The notes below the pieces were generated by a model. The model saw only the letters and a list, made by a program, of their open reading frames with translations, did no database searches and was not told the origin of the DNA. From the IMG/VR virus record IMGVR_UViG_3300031857_000054, positions 43,018-107,017 of that record: 64,000 bases of DNA, one strand, 5' to 3'. The position numbers were made by a program, and so were the translations under genes. Position 1 is the stretch's first letter; every line of letters starts with the position of its first letter. The stretch is from a virus. This document shows positions 63,931 to 64,000 of this stretch, piece by piece.

Positions 63931-64000
63931 AGCTATCATAATAGGGCTACTGCTAATAACAGTAGCCTTCTTGTTATGGGAAAGGCAATCCCTAAATAGC
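63914..64000 (+). CDS. Partial N-terminally anchored membrane protein, possibly an i-spanin
   Basis: MKNKIEAIIIGLLLITVAFLLWERQSLNS..., overlaps the holin stop and runs off the window. Confidence 0.45.
   Translation, partial: MKNKIEAIIIGLLLITVAFLLWERQSLNS

Larger units (their letters stand above)
1..64000 (+). mobile_element. Segment of a crAss-like (Crassvirales-type) phage genome, virion/late module
   Basis: TerL-portal-scaffold-MCP-ring-muzzle-cargo order followed by three >2,200-aa proteins including a DxDxD RNA polymerase. One coding strand, no host housekeeping genes. Confidence 0.95.

Noticed and set aside
1-64000. Stop-codon reassignment (TAG or TGA), known in some crAss-like phages
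   Set aside because: Genes up to 7.5 kb are uninterrupted in the standard code, and TAG/TGA serve as real stops at tight gene junctions.
1-64000. tRNA or rRNA genes
   Set aside because: Intergenic gaps are short (at most ~150 nt) and none showed a cloverleaf or T-loop signature by eye.

Overview
The whole window is the virion/late region of a crAss-like (Crassvirales-type) phage, with every credible gene on the + strand in the standard genetic code. The host is probably Bacteroidota: there are TTG-N19/20-TAnnTTTG promoters, A-rich leaders without Shine-Dalgarno sites, and a T9SS cargo gene. Gene order: (i) a partial YkuD-like lysin, then a ~6.7 kb cassette of exported/envelope proteins (HExxH lipoprotein, cohesin/dockerin protein with T9SS tail, CsgG-family lipoprotein, probable beta-barrel, dockerin paralogue); (ii) small DNA-binding genes, terminase, portal, scaffold-like protein and major capsid protein; (iii) ring, hub, fibre and muzzle tail genes, many Cys-rich; (iv) internal cargo proteins punctuated by a repeated [MYFH]xxG[GA] motif; (v) three giant ejection proteins (nuclease-bearing, single-chain virion RNA polymerase with DYDID, zincin-bearing); (vi) a DUF285/BspA repeat protein, a holin and the start of a spanin-like gene. 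Strongest observations: the three giant proteins contain only 4 cysteines in 7,081 aa, all at facing termini, suggesting a head-to-tail disulfide chain; the phage-borne T9SS/cohesin-dockerin/CsgG surface cassette; and a 3'-UTR hairpin with a 14-nt perfect complement to one phage leader and partial complements near three other gene starts. Family calls come from motif recognition and synteny by eye, not database searches.
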